A stretch of DNA of 64,000 nt from Vermamoeba vermiformis (lineage: Eukaryota). The notes under the pieces were generated by a model that made no database searches, was not told where the DNA came from, and saw nothing but the letters and a program-made list of their open reading frames with translations. Location of the stretch: positions 62,001-126,000 of the forward strand of contig JBEWZL010000193.1 in assembly GCA_045837725.1 (NCBI GenBank), written 5' to 3'. The position numbers and the translations under genes are program-made. Below, one piece after another: positions 53,094 through 64,000 of the stretch (position 1 is the stretch's first letter; the number at the start of each line of letters is the position of its first letter).

Positions 53094-54391
53094 GAGAATT
53101 TTGGAACTTTCCAGAAGAAACAAAAATATCATCCTTAACATTTTTCACAGTGCTTAATTTAGCTTATTAAATATAATAACAGCACTTAACTATGGAAGAA
53201 TCAAATGAGTATGGTGCAATATTTCATTTTGAAGAGCTACCGTTGGAGTTCAAGAACACATCCTCCTTCGCTGCGACGATAAAACACTTACAGCCTCGAT
53301 GCCACAATTATCTAAATTTATTAATACATTAGTACACGATGAAGGAAGTGTTTGGCGCGCTAAATGTCGAGATTATTACACAGAGTCAGAGTGGGAAATT
53401 GTGGACGAGTTAAAAAAATTAGACGAGTCTTGGAGACAATTTTATTTGCGTAGTAAGTTTCTATATAACAATTACGTAATATAAAGCATATTATTCGCCC
53501 TATACAACGATAATAACAAGATCTCAGGCAAAATCCGACTTCTTCCGATCGTTTGTGTTGACTTTAAAACAAAATATCGCAAACTAATTAAGATTTGAAT
53601 TACTTTTATTTGGAATAAGCAATCAAATCAAATTAAATACGGCTTTCCGAAAATTTGCAGATCCGAATGTTTTCTATCAATTGAAAAAACCCTTGCTTCA
53701 ATCTTTGAAAATACAACCAATGGTTGGACGATAAATTAAACTTAATGTTTAATTTATTTTTTCCTCAAATCTCCAGTGTATTAACGTGTTTCTCAATTAT
53801 GTAGGCACGACCTATTACGCACGGCCAGTGAAAATATGGAGGGAGGAAAATGTGGCGGATTGGGTGCGAAAAGTCTTAAACTTTTCCAAATTAGACAGAG
53901 AAGAACGGACTGCGGTTGATAAAAGTGTGAGAATTGTTATCGAGCAAGCAATTAATGGTACTGCGTTGCTATTATTCGACGACAGGGCGGATCTGAAAGC
54001 AACCCTGAACTTACTCGATGGGCACGCGCGAATTTTGTGGGCTGAGATCAAAAAACTGAAGAGTAAGCGACGCTAATAATAAACTTCGCACTTAAATAAT
54101 TCATTCAGGAAGCCTATTTTTGAGTATTAAATTAGAGTGGATTGAGTATTTAATAACACCACTCTAATTATTATTAACATTTTAAGTTGCAGGTTCGAAG
54201 CGGACAGCAACTGTTGCAGGACTTGATGACAATTTTGATCATAACACAAAAAGAAGTATGTGCAAATTATAATCCAACTGTAGGTTAATTTCAATTTCAA
54301 TAGGCAAGAGTTCCCTGGAATCTCAACAAGACTAACTCCAGGACCGGATTGGACGAGATTACTCACAAATGGATTTATGAATTTATTTTTA
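53094..54391. repeat. Right arm of the ~1.3 kb inverted duplication (partner 46930..48203)
   Basis: Starts GAGAATTTTGGAACTTTCCAGAAGAAAC, the reverse complement of about 48176..48203. Confidence 0.9.
53192..54076 (+). pseudogene. Inverted paralog of the F-box/SAM gene with a 1-nt frameshift in the F-box
   Basis: CCG TTG GAG TTC AAG here versus CCG TTG GAA CTT CAA GAA in the 47228..48106 copy (about 53248); the rest aligns closely. Confidence 0.75.
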
Positions 54392-54733
54392 CTTTTGTCG
54401 TGTTTGATTTTGCCATCAATAATATTTTAAGATGAAACAGTTTTATCCTTCCAACGGACATTTATTTTGACAAATGACAGGGGAAGGACACGAATGGGAC
54501 CAACTGGCTCTCCTTCGTAGTACTGGACCAAAGTGTCATCACCAGGGTGAAACAACGTGCCAACGGCCGGTCGACAACTTGGACCGCGAGCTCTCTGTAT
54601 CATTGTCATTGTGCAATCTCGTTGACTGATGATGCCGTGACAAGTGACACTTCATGACACTTTGACACGTGTCACACGAACCAAGTCTTCCAGTATGCAG
54701 ATTGCAAAGAAGAAAGCAAAATTGATCTTTCCT

Positions 54734-56411
54734 CTAATGATGAAACAAGCTACCAAAATCGATGTTGACACCAGGATAACGCACGTGACTGAAAATGAGT
54801 GACCAGATCTCGATCGGCAAGACAAACGAGTGAGGCTTCAGACAAATCATTCTGACAATAGTCTTCGTTCTTCGAATATGATTATCTTGCACTTCGATAT
54901 TTCTCTTAAAATAAGGCTTGTATGCATCAAAAGTATCGTACGGCGACCAAGATCGCAAACTTAGATTCGCTTGAAGTGTTTCTTCGACCATTTCTGCGAA
55001 TCCAGGCAATACCATTCTTAAAATTGATAAATTACTTGTATCTTGGGTCTCCAATCGTGTTAATGACTGATGACTGCTAATTACTGCGCAAAAAATTTTC
55101 CGCGTGATCTCGTTTTGAGTTTCAATTTGGCAAGCGAACGATTGAAGCGTTGTATTATAGGCCAAACCTTGTATAATAAGATCCATATCTTTGTTTTGTG
55201 CTCGATATTTTTTTATATCTAATGTTGTTAAAGTTGTATTTTGCTGCAGAATTCTTTTGACCAGATCTCCGTTGATGAAATTATGAGTGTCTGCTATTCG
55301 AAAGCTTCTTAATGTCTTATTTGTTAATAACGCCTTTTCAATGCCTGGTGTCTCTTGGCCACTTAATTCGGTCAAACTGGTGTTTTTTTCTAGCGCATCC
55401 ACAATCGTGTTTGCAACAAGCGTATCAAGGATTATTTTAGCGCGATAGTTTAGCTTTAATATGGTCCTATTATTAATAAATATCTTTTCTAGCTCCATGG
55501 GATCAATCTCCATGCCACCAATGTCAAGATCCGTTATGGATGTGTTTTCACTGAACGCTTTTGTTAGATCTGTTCGTGCTTGCCGACCCTCGAATTCTTT
55601 CAAATGTAATTGCGTAATATTATTATCGTTGATTATTTTTATGAATACTGGGATCGTTTGAGGAGGCATAAAATAAGTATCAATAATTAGCGACTTGATC
55701 CGCTTATTCTCCAATAAAACTTCGCCAATTTTGTCCATTTTATCTTCTAATATTGCAATGCAGTCGTTGAATATCAGTGAACGGATTGATTTGGCTGATT
55801 TCAATGCATCAAATAGCTGATCCAAATATTCCATATTTAAAGTGTTCGTAAAATTAATAAATTCGAATGTCTCCACGTTAATTTTCTTAGAAATTAATCC
55901 TTCGATTAATTTTTCGTAGAATTTTTGCTTTGTTCGTGGCTTGGCTTCGGGTGCAGCCATAAGGCCGATCACTTTAACACTCGTATTTGATTCTAATGCT
56001 TGGAATATTGTTTTTACGGCGTTATGTGATGTCGATAAATCGATTCTAGTGATGGCTTTAGTCTCGGCTAAAATATTCGTGAGAGTTTTGAGATCCTTCG
56101 ATGACCAATCGTGCGGGGCAAATTCGAGTACAGGAACGTGATCATCGTTGATAATAATATCTAATAATTTGGATACTGTCACATGTTTGGAGTAGTTCGT
56201 TAAATACAGGCTGGTGAAGATTTCTAAATCAAATCTGATTTTTTTCTTATTTTCAATCGCTTCTTCTAGTTCTACTCTCCCTCTAACAATCACCGTCTAT
56301 AATAATATATTAATTCTCGGCATTACAAAATTCAAGACGATTGCTTAACCATTTTTAATCTCGACATCCACTTACCTCAACGTCTTTCTCCTTTGTTCCT
56401 CGATTTAGCAT
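54734..56411 (-). CDS. RNI-like leucine-rich-repeat protein with a C-terminal F-box-like motif
   Basis: Repeats ALESNTSVKVI, AFSENTSITDLDI, ALEKNTSLTEL, LQQNTTLTTLDI, LAYNTTLQSF; tail FVLPIEIWSLIFSHV. Short first exon 56376..56411. Confidence 0.8.
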
Positions 56412-56610
56412 GATAATTACGTCAGTACTATTTGATTAATTTAACAATGCACGAAAAATTCGTTCTGTTGTGGTTGTGGTTACCAATGTGTAAACCTATT
56501 AACAAAAAATGCATTGCCCTCACAAACAATCGGCTTGCCTCAATGATTAAAATAACGGCCGCCATAGCAATAAATTATGTATTTATTATCTAAGCACTAC
56601 AAAGAACAGT

Positions 56611-58052
56611 TTACCAGATCAAAGCCAACAAGCCCAAAACAACAGGCAACAAAGTCATCGAGATCTTGTTGCTGGAGTTAAGAGCGTACTTGTACTTGAG
56701 GTTAGCGTTTCTCTGGCAGTCGTCTCCGCTGTCAATTCTAATGTAGACTTCGTTGGTACCAAAATCGTAAATTCCGTACATCGCATCCGCGTAACCCAAG
56801 GACAAGATGTAACCGCCGTGATCCTTGGTGCCAGCTTGGTCCTCAAACCAATCGACCCAGCAGAAGGCGTTGTTGAAGTAGCAATAACTATATATAAGTC
56901 ATTAGTATCCGTTAAATAGCAACTTCGAAAAATACGTAAAGTGCGTGGATCGCGAAGGTAAAGCAACGGAAATTTTCGAATTCCGTTAGCTGTAAATTTG
57001 AAAATAAAATTTTTAGCGTGATATTTACCCTTCAGAATAGCCCTTAGCAGTGAAGTTGTTGCCGTAGCCGTTGATGAAACTGTATTCGTATGAACCCTTG
57101 TGGTTACCATCGCTATCAATGCAGATATCCCAATGAGGAGTGTTAGTGCGGCCCAATCTGCTAGCCCAGTGACCAGACAAATCCTTTCCTAAAAAGGAAA
57201 ATTAATTTTTTGCAACCGCAAGGAGGATCCTGGTTTTGGTTTGGGTTTGGGTTTGACGCGTGTCAACCGTAAATGTTTTGAATTAACCGATTATAATGCG
57301 AATAAGCATCTATAATCATCATTATAGCGTCATGTATTCGTACCAGTGTTATAATTAGCGGCGAAGCAAGAGAAAGGAGTGGGGAGGGCAGTGTCAAATC
57401 TGGCCATGACACGAGGACCAAAGTTGTAGAATTGAATCGAAGTATCATCATAAGCCAAACGAACTATAAATATTGTGATTAATTACTTGATCGATAGCAC
57501 GTGCAATTTAATTCTAAAGCTCTTGCAATGATTTTTAGAATTTTAGCGGTTTCAAATCTGACCGTTAGAAAACTAAAGAAACTTACTTTCGAACAAATCG
57601 GTAGTGATTCTGGTCAAGGTCATAGTACCCTTGTTTTGGGTGCAGCACTTGGTGGTTTTGGTAGCGGCAACCATAGCAGGGTAGTCGTACCAGATTTGAG
57701 TGTCCCACCATTTACCAGTAACGGTAGTACCGTCATCGCTGACTTGACCGTTAAGGTACCAAGTACCCTTGAAGAGACCCTACGATATAAGCGATTTAGT
57801 GTTTTGAATTTCGGTAACGACCCATCTTCCGGATGTCAAATCCGCAACACGATTAAATCACTAAAAATTGATTTTTAACTCGGGTGAAATATTTGCTATA
57901 CTTACTTGAACGTTCTTAGTGGAGTTATCGACGCAAAGAGTCATTGAACCGTCGTTGAAAGTCCATTTTCCGGTCCAAGATGTGATATCGTAGCTTTGAG
58001 CTTGAACCAAGCAAGCGCACAACAAAACAGCGGCTAAAACGTAAAGTCTCAT
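56611..58052 (-). CDS. Secreted, probably GPI-anchored protein with repeated beta-rich modules
   Basis: Signal peptide MRLYVLAAVLLCACLVQA; modules WTGKW..LCVD and LSGHW..WDICID; hydrophobic C-terminus MTLLPVVLGLLALIW. Confidence 0.7.
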
Positions 58053-58473
58053 GACTTATTGCGCTCAATAATAAAACTAAATCGTAAATAGATTTTGCGT
58101 CAACGATGGTGTTTTTAGTTTTCATCGTGCGCAAAAATACTGCCCAGAAAAAAGATCACACCGAATTCTAAATTAAGCGCCCAATTATTTGTCTTATTTT
58201 ATCACTGACTTGATCTTGAGAGTAGAATCAGAATTGGCAATTAAACCGCTTTTGGATCGGCAACTTCAAAACGTAATTTGGCGTAAGTCGTAATTTAGCG
58301 GAGTTAAATATCATAAATTATATTCTCTCGTATGTACCATTAAATTGGCCAAGACGATCTTCAGACCCGGTAAAAGTAAAATCGAAAAAATCGAATTCCA
58401 CGCGTCAAAATTTGACAGGAGAACTTTTAGAATTTGGCTATTATACACAGAATTACCTAGCTAAGCCATAGTA

Positions 58474-61062
58474 TTATACAATAGGTCTATTTTCAGCTTC
58501 TTTTGGCGCGTCACTGCTCGTAGCCAGATTATTTTCTTTCAGCATCGAACTCGAGCGGATTTGACATCCAGTTCTGAACAATCTGCGCGTCTTTTTCCAA
58601 TATGAACGCGAAGATACTGCAGGTATGAATAGTAGAAGACCAGTTGATGAGGCATTAAATACACTCCTACACAAATAATTAGTGAACTGAATCTGGATCC
58701 TGACACAAATTAGAATTCCAATTTTACGCAGTATTTGCAATTATAATTACTATCCGAATACTATACATACCAATTCAACAATGTTGGCGCAATTATTTGA
58801 GGCAGATCAGGGCAAGGTTCCGGATCCAATTCCGTCGAACTAAGCAAGTTGCATTTGACCCATTCAAGCACTGTCTCTTTGCCATTATTGTTAATCTCCG
58901 ACAATCTGAAGCTGAATATGAACACGTAGAGGTATAAGAAGATGAATAAATAGACCATCGTGCCAATTTGAACTCGGATCATGGCTTGCTTTTGTCTTTT
59001 AGATCTGCGTACCCGCGCAGAAGTCTAAAAATAGTATCATACGATAAGTCACGTGACATTACTAAATTAGGAAATATGAGTTTAAGACTGACCTTGGTGA
59101 AGATAATGACGAGCATAATGAACGTAATTATTCCGACGAGCAGCATCAGCCCAACGGGTATAATGTACAATGCATAGACGAGCATGCCATCAGGTTCATC
59201 ATCGCCCACTATAATAATACCATAATTAGAATTACCACGTGATATTGATGACAAGATCCGGTCGAATGTCAGATCCGCTTTGTACTTACGAAAACAGAAG
59301 ACGTTGCCTGGATAGTATTTGATGGATTTGAGGCCCAGCGCGACGGCCGTGAATATCGCAGGCACGCCGAATCCTAGTGTAATGAAGACTGGCTTCAAGA
59401 CTGGGTTCTGCAACGGTGTGTTTTTTATGAGCTGATCTAACAGCGCAATCGCTGTGAACATCCACCACAACGTGCCTGACAACGCCGCATAGTATATCAA
59501 CGTTCCTGGTAGTTATGTATATTAGTACAAGCTGTAGTATTGATATTTGAAGTTGATCTGCGTAAAAAAATATTGCCCGTGAAAAAATTGGCCGAAGATA
59601 TTTTTTTGATATTTCCCGTTTTGGCAACTGGTAACTTACCTTGAACCACGCAAAACGCATCATTTTCGGTACTTTCTTTTGTCTCTGAAGTGCAAATTGG
59701 CTTATTGTTGTTGCCAAATGAGAACAAAAATGGCACGGTGACCATCAACGAGAAAAAAATCAAAAAATAAATGAGAATTGACGGGAACAAGTGTCGCCTA
59801 CGATCAGTAATCGTCGTTGCAAATAACCAAATGTCAAGCACGATTGAAATAACGGCCATCACGTGCATAATTGTGAATGCTTGGTCGTACTCTTCGCTCG
59901 TGAAAATTGGTGCTGGACACGGCAGCCCGCATTGAGCCTCGTTGTTAGTGATATTTGCAGTCGATTCAAAAATCAACGGGTACGGACATTCTTGCAACAC
60001 TTAAATGGAAACATCGTTAGTCTCGAATAACAAAGAGCAATAATGATTTCTAGAGTGCCGCTATAAATGAACGAGTGTAATTGTTTGTAATTTCCACTAA
60101 AAATAGGGTTTCGCGGAGTTCACGTTTCATTAAACAAATTTTTAGCAATAACTTTAATAATTTTTGTTCACCGCATAACAGCTTTTAAAGATTATAGGCA
60201 TCATATTCGAGTATAAGAAACATTAGTATATACTACATACTGTAGGAGATTTGCGACGAGTCCTTCGGAATGCACCCGCTAGTCTCGGGTAAAGCCGTGC
60301 AATTTGGCGGAGCGGTGTATTCGAACAGGGACTCGCAGTTTTGTTCTACTGACGAACATAATGACCTGCAGGGCGGAATTGGCACGGAGATATTGTTGGC
60401 TGTCAAGTACATTGTCAGAAATATTTGACACGTGTCATTGGATCCTTGCGAGATCGAATTGAAATTGATCGCTGAAAAGGCGCTTTTTGTTGAACAGACA
60501 TGATATATAATTTTAATAGGGTAAAACGATGGTTAACGTTAAAAAACGAAAGGCGTTGGGATCCGAGCCTTAAAATTTCAGGTCGCCTTTCAAAGCTTAT
60601 AAATTAGTGAAATCAAGCGGAGTCTTCTAATAAATAATAAATGATAATAGTATCATATTAATAATTACTTAAAAACTAACAGGGTGACTTGAGAATCATC
60701 TGTCAAATCCGCTTTCTTTTTCAAAATAAGAATCTATGCAGAAAAGACTTACGCAATATAGTGCAAGGCAAGAATGTAGTCCAACAGCTTAAAGCAATGA
60801 AGTCTGAAGCGCAACTGGGAGCCAAGGCGGCAACAAGATCGACGGATTTGAGAATCTTCATTGCTTGATATTGAAGCATGGTAATGTTCAATCCTTGTGG
60901 CAAAAATACTGGACTGTTTTGAACGACTTCATCGCATAAAGACCCAAATGCAACGTAGCTTGTGCATTTGCCAGGCGGGATCTGCTGCGTGACCGAAAAT
61001 GTGAGCCAACAAGAAAGCAGAAAGAATAAGGAATATTGGATATAGGCAGTTGTTGGCCCCAT
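58474..61062 (-). CDS. Frizzled/Smoothened-like GPCR (Cys-rich domain plus 7TM)
   Basis: CRD C..LC..CASDFIALSCWTTFLPC..PIPPCRSLCSSVEQNC; linker ECPYPL..CGLPCPAP; TMs FCVVQG..IYYAALSGTLWW, GFGVPAI, VFCF; W..C..C extracellular loop; YWKK tail. Confidence 0.85.
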
Positions 61063-61775
61063 AACTGTTTGATGAAAATATTGGAAGTTTAAGCAGAATT
61101 TGCAATTAAAAAAAGCGTGCTTCAAATGGCAAGTCCATTTTTAGAAATAATAGCGCAATTAATTCGCCGGTTGAATAATCAGTTGCTATTTCATACGTAC
61201 CTATAGGTCACATCTAACACAAAGAATCATACAAAGGAGCTCGTTACTAAGATCTAAAGAGATCCCATGGGTTAGTTCGCCACTAAATCTTGAGATTTGA
61301 CAACCAATAAATATTTAATTACTTATTATATTATATTGTATAATTTTAATTACGCCACCAAGCGTAACAGATAAAAGAAAAGAAATAAGAGAATTTTTAA
61401 TAATAATTAAAAAAATTAATCAACCTGAGCAATCAATTTACAATCAGTTCATTACACGGCAGTACCCTATTACTTTTTGGTAGGCAGCAACAGATCCTTC
61501 AGAACAAAAAAAACATGCTAGCGTCCGTGTCTATCATCATAGTTAACTAATATACTATTAAGTAAGTTGTGGCGTGATTCAATGCAATTAACATTCGTTG
61601 TGGTGTTGTATTGTTATTGCGTAAATAACATTATTGTTCGTAAAAAACAGTTGCAAGCATTAATCTCGTAGGAATTGGATATCCATTTATTAACAACAAA
61701 AGGATAATAGATGTCCGAAATAAAATACTTGATAATTATTACAATTAATTCGATCAAAAAAATCGTGGATGTCGC

Positions 61776-63990
61776 TTAGTAAGTTCTCTTCTTAGGAGGC
61801 ACTTGAGGCATTTCCTTGTCGAGCGGTTGATCGTGAACAGATCTGTAGTCAATAGTAACCTTGCCGTTCTCGTCGATCCAAGACAAAGTGTGCTTCATCC
61901 AGTTAGCGTCGTCACGCTCAGAGAAGTCTTCACGGGCATGAGCACCACGACTTTCCTTTCTGTTCTCAGCGCTGTGCATAGTCATGACGGCGTTGAGCAT
62001 CAAGTTTTGGAGTTCGAGAGTCTCGATCAAATCGGTGTTCCAAGCCAAAGTGCGATCAGTGACCTTGAGATCGGCTTGTTTCTTGAATGTCTCGTCGATG
62101 AGCTTGACACCTTCCTTCAAGACATCGCCAGTTCTGAACACAGCGCAGTTGTTTTGCATAACCTTTTGCATTTGCAATCTCAATTGAGCGGTGGATGTGT
62201 TGCCGTTAGCGTGGAGAGCCTTGTCGAGTCTGGCAATAGCGTCCTCTCCGGCCTTAGGAGGCAAAGGCTTGTGGGGTTGACCAGGCTTGGAGACCTCACC
62301 AACACGCAAAGCGCAAGCACGACCGAAGACGACAATGTCCAACAAACTGTTAGCGCCCAATCTGTTAGCACCGTGAACGGAGACGCAAGCGGCTTCACCT
62401 GCAGCCATCAAACCAGGAACAACGTGATCGGCGTTATCTCCCTAAGCAAAAAAAGCGTTAGCAGGTGCAAGACCTAGGAGCAAAAATAAAAAAGAAAGGG
62501 GCGCAACCCGGAATCGAACCGGGACCTCCTGCACCCGAAGCAGGAATTCTGCCACTGAACTATTGCGCCTTTGGTTGGACGCCGATTTCGCGAAGAAAGC
62601 AGCTCGTCGCTACAAGGTTCAAAGACCTTACCTTCTTGGTTACGACTTCACCCATGTAGTTAGTGGGAATGCCACCCATATTGTAGTGAACTGTAGGCAA
62701 TACAGGGATGGGTTGTTTAGTCACATCGACGTTGGCGAAAATCTTAGCAGTTTCAGAGATACCAGGCAAGCGTTCACTTCAAAGACCATTAGCAACGTTG
62801 CTGACAGGAGATAATGAGTCCTAGTACTTACGCCAAGATCTTAGGATCAATGTGAGTAAGATCCAAGTAGACGTGATCCTTTTCAGGACCGCAACCACGA
62901 CCCTCTCTGATTTCAATGGTCATAGATCGAGACACGACGTCACGTGAGGCCAAATCCTTAGCGTTGGGGGCATAACGTTCCATAAATCTTTCACCCTTGT
63001 CGTTTCTCAAGATACCTCCTTCACCACGAGAGCCTTCGGTGATCAAGCAACCAGCTCCGTAGATACCGGTGGGATGGAATTGGACGAATTCCAAGTCTTG
63101 AAGGGGCAAACCAGCGCGAGCAACCATAGCGTTACCGTCACCAGTGCAAGTGTGGGCAGAAGTGGCACTGAAGTAAGCACGACCATAACCCTACAAACAA
63201 GGATCAGATCCGCTGATCTCAAGCATTTCTCAATTTGATTATACTTACACCAGTGGCCAAAATGACGTGGTGGGCTCTGAATCTGTGAATAGAACCGTCT
63301 TCGAGGCACATAGCCATAACACCACGGCATTCACCGTTCTCCATAATGAGGTCCATAGCGAAGTATTCGACGAAGAAAGTGCAGTTGTATTTCAAGGCTT
63401 GACCCATCATAGTGTGCAAGAGGGCGTGACCAGTACGATCAGCAGCAGCGCAGCAACGAACGGCTTGACCTCCCTTACCGAAGTCCAAGCTTTGACCACC
63501 GAAAGCACGTTGGTAAATGGTGCCGTCAGCGTTACGGGAGAAAGGCACACCAAAGTGTTCCAATTCAATAACTGTAGCAGGGGCTTCACGGCACATGTAT
63601 TGAATAGCGTCCTAGTGACCAGTCGTATTAGTACTAATACTTTTACGTTACTTCGTGACACGTACTTGATCACCCAACCAATCGCTACCCTTGACAGTGT
63701 CATATGCGTGCCAGCGCCAGTCGTCCTTGCTCATGTTACCCAAAGCGGCATTAATACCACCCTGCCGAGCCCTCATTAGTACCGTGCTATGAACCGTAAC
63801 AAGTCACATCTAACTGCGTACCTGAGCGGCGACTGTGTGAGATCTAGTGGGGTACAACTTGGTAATGCAAGCAGTCTTGAAACCTTGTTGAGTGAGACCC
63901 AAAGCGGCACGAAGACCAGCACCACCAGCACCGACAACGACGGCGTCATAAGTGTGATCAATCACGTCGTAGGCACGAGTGAGAGTACCC
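61776..63990 (-). CDS. SDHA: Succinate dehydrogenase flavoprotein subunit (5' end outside the window)
   Basis: [87 protein letters not shown]. Confidence 0.98.
62499..62569 (-). tRNA. tRNA-Pro(CGG), inside an SDHA intron
   Basis: GGCGCAA TAGTTCAGTGGCAGAAT T CCTGC TTCGGGT GCAGG AGGTC CCGG TTCGATT CCGGG TTGCGCC C folds into a full cloverleaf with anticodon CGG and is followed by a T-run terminator. Confidence 0.95.
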
Positions 63991-64000
63991 TAAAAAGGAA

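Noticed and set aside
57231..57254. Telomere-like TTTGGG run in an intron
   Set aside because: Only about three imperfect units; too short to call an interstitial telomere.
61803..63779. Long plus-strand ORFs opposite SDHA (and similar ones at 16931-17520 and 22260-22677)
   Set aside because: Antisense shadows of codon-biased or repetitive exons with no independent protein features.
1..64000. Alternative genetic code (TAA/TAG read as sense) to explain fragmented ORFs
   Set aside because: Fragmentation is explained by introns, and conserved genes (RpiA, SDHA, RIO) end at TAA and have no internal stops.
1..64000. CRISPR arrays, rRNA genes or prokaryotic operons
   Set aside because: No repeat-spacer arrays or rRNA signatures; the DNA is intron-containing and eukaryotic.

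Overview
Gene-dense, AT-rich eukaryotic genomic DNA with short spliceosomal introns (GT-AG, a few GC-AG) and the standard code. The gene set (Frizzled/Smoothened-like receptor, PqaA/AprA-like protein, expansin-like protein, EGF- and PSI-repeat surface proteins) suggests an amoebozoan protist; this is inference. About 29 protein-coding genes were reconstructed by eye. Housekeeping genes: Ariadne RBR ligase, SFSWAP, RIO kinase, APC7, NFRKB, RpiA and SDHA, the last with a tRNA-Pro(CGG) inside an intron. Unusual genes: an ATPase-less MgsA/RarA-C-like domain fused to an atypical kinase-like domain, a DEP/bacterial-type kinase/SH3 protein next to a DEP paralog, a bacterial-type STAS/SEC14-like gene with an intron, and an EGF-repeat gene with an in-frame TAA just before its transmembrane helix. 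The 45.4-54.4 kb region is rearranged: a ~944 bp fold-back element with an extra terminal repeat truncates an Air1-like gene, followed by an internally deleted RpiA copy and an inverted duplication of an F-box/SAM gene. Two non-coding motifs are strongly enriched across the window: the palindrome TGACACGTGTCA and RGATCY. All gene models and family calls were made without database searches; multi-exon coordinates span start to stop.
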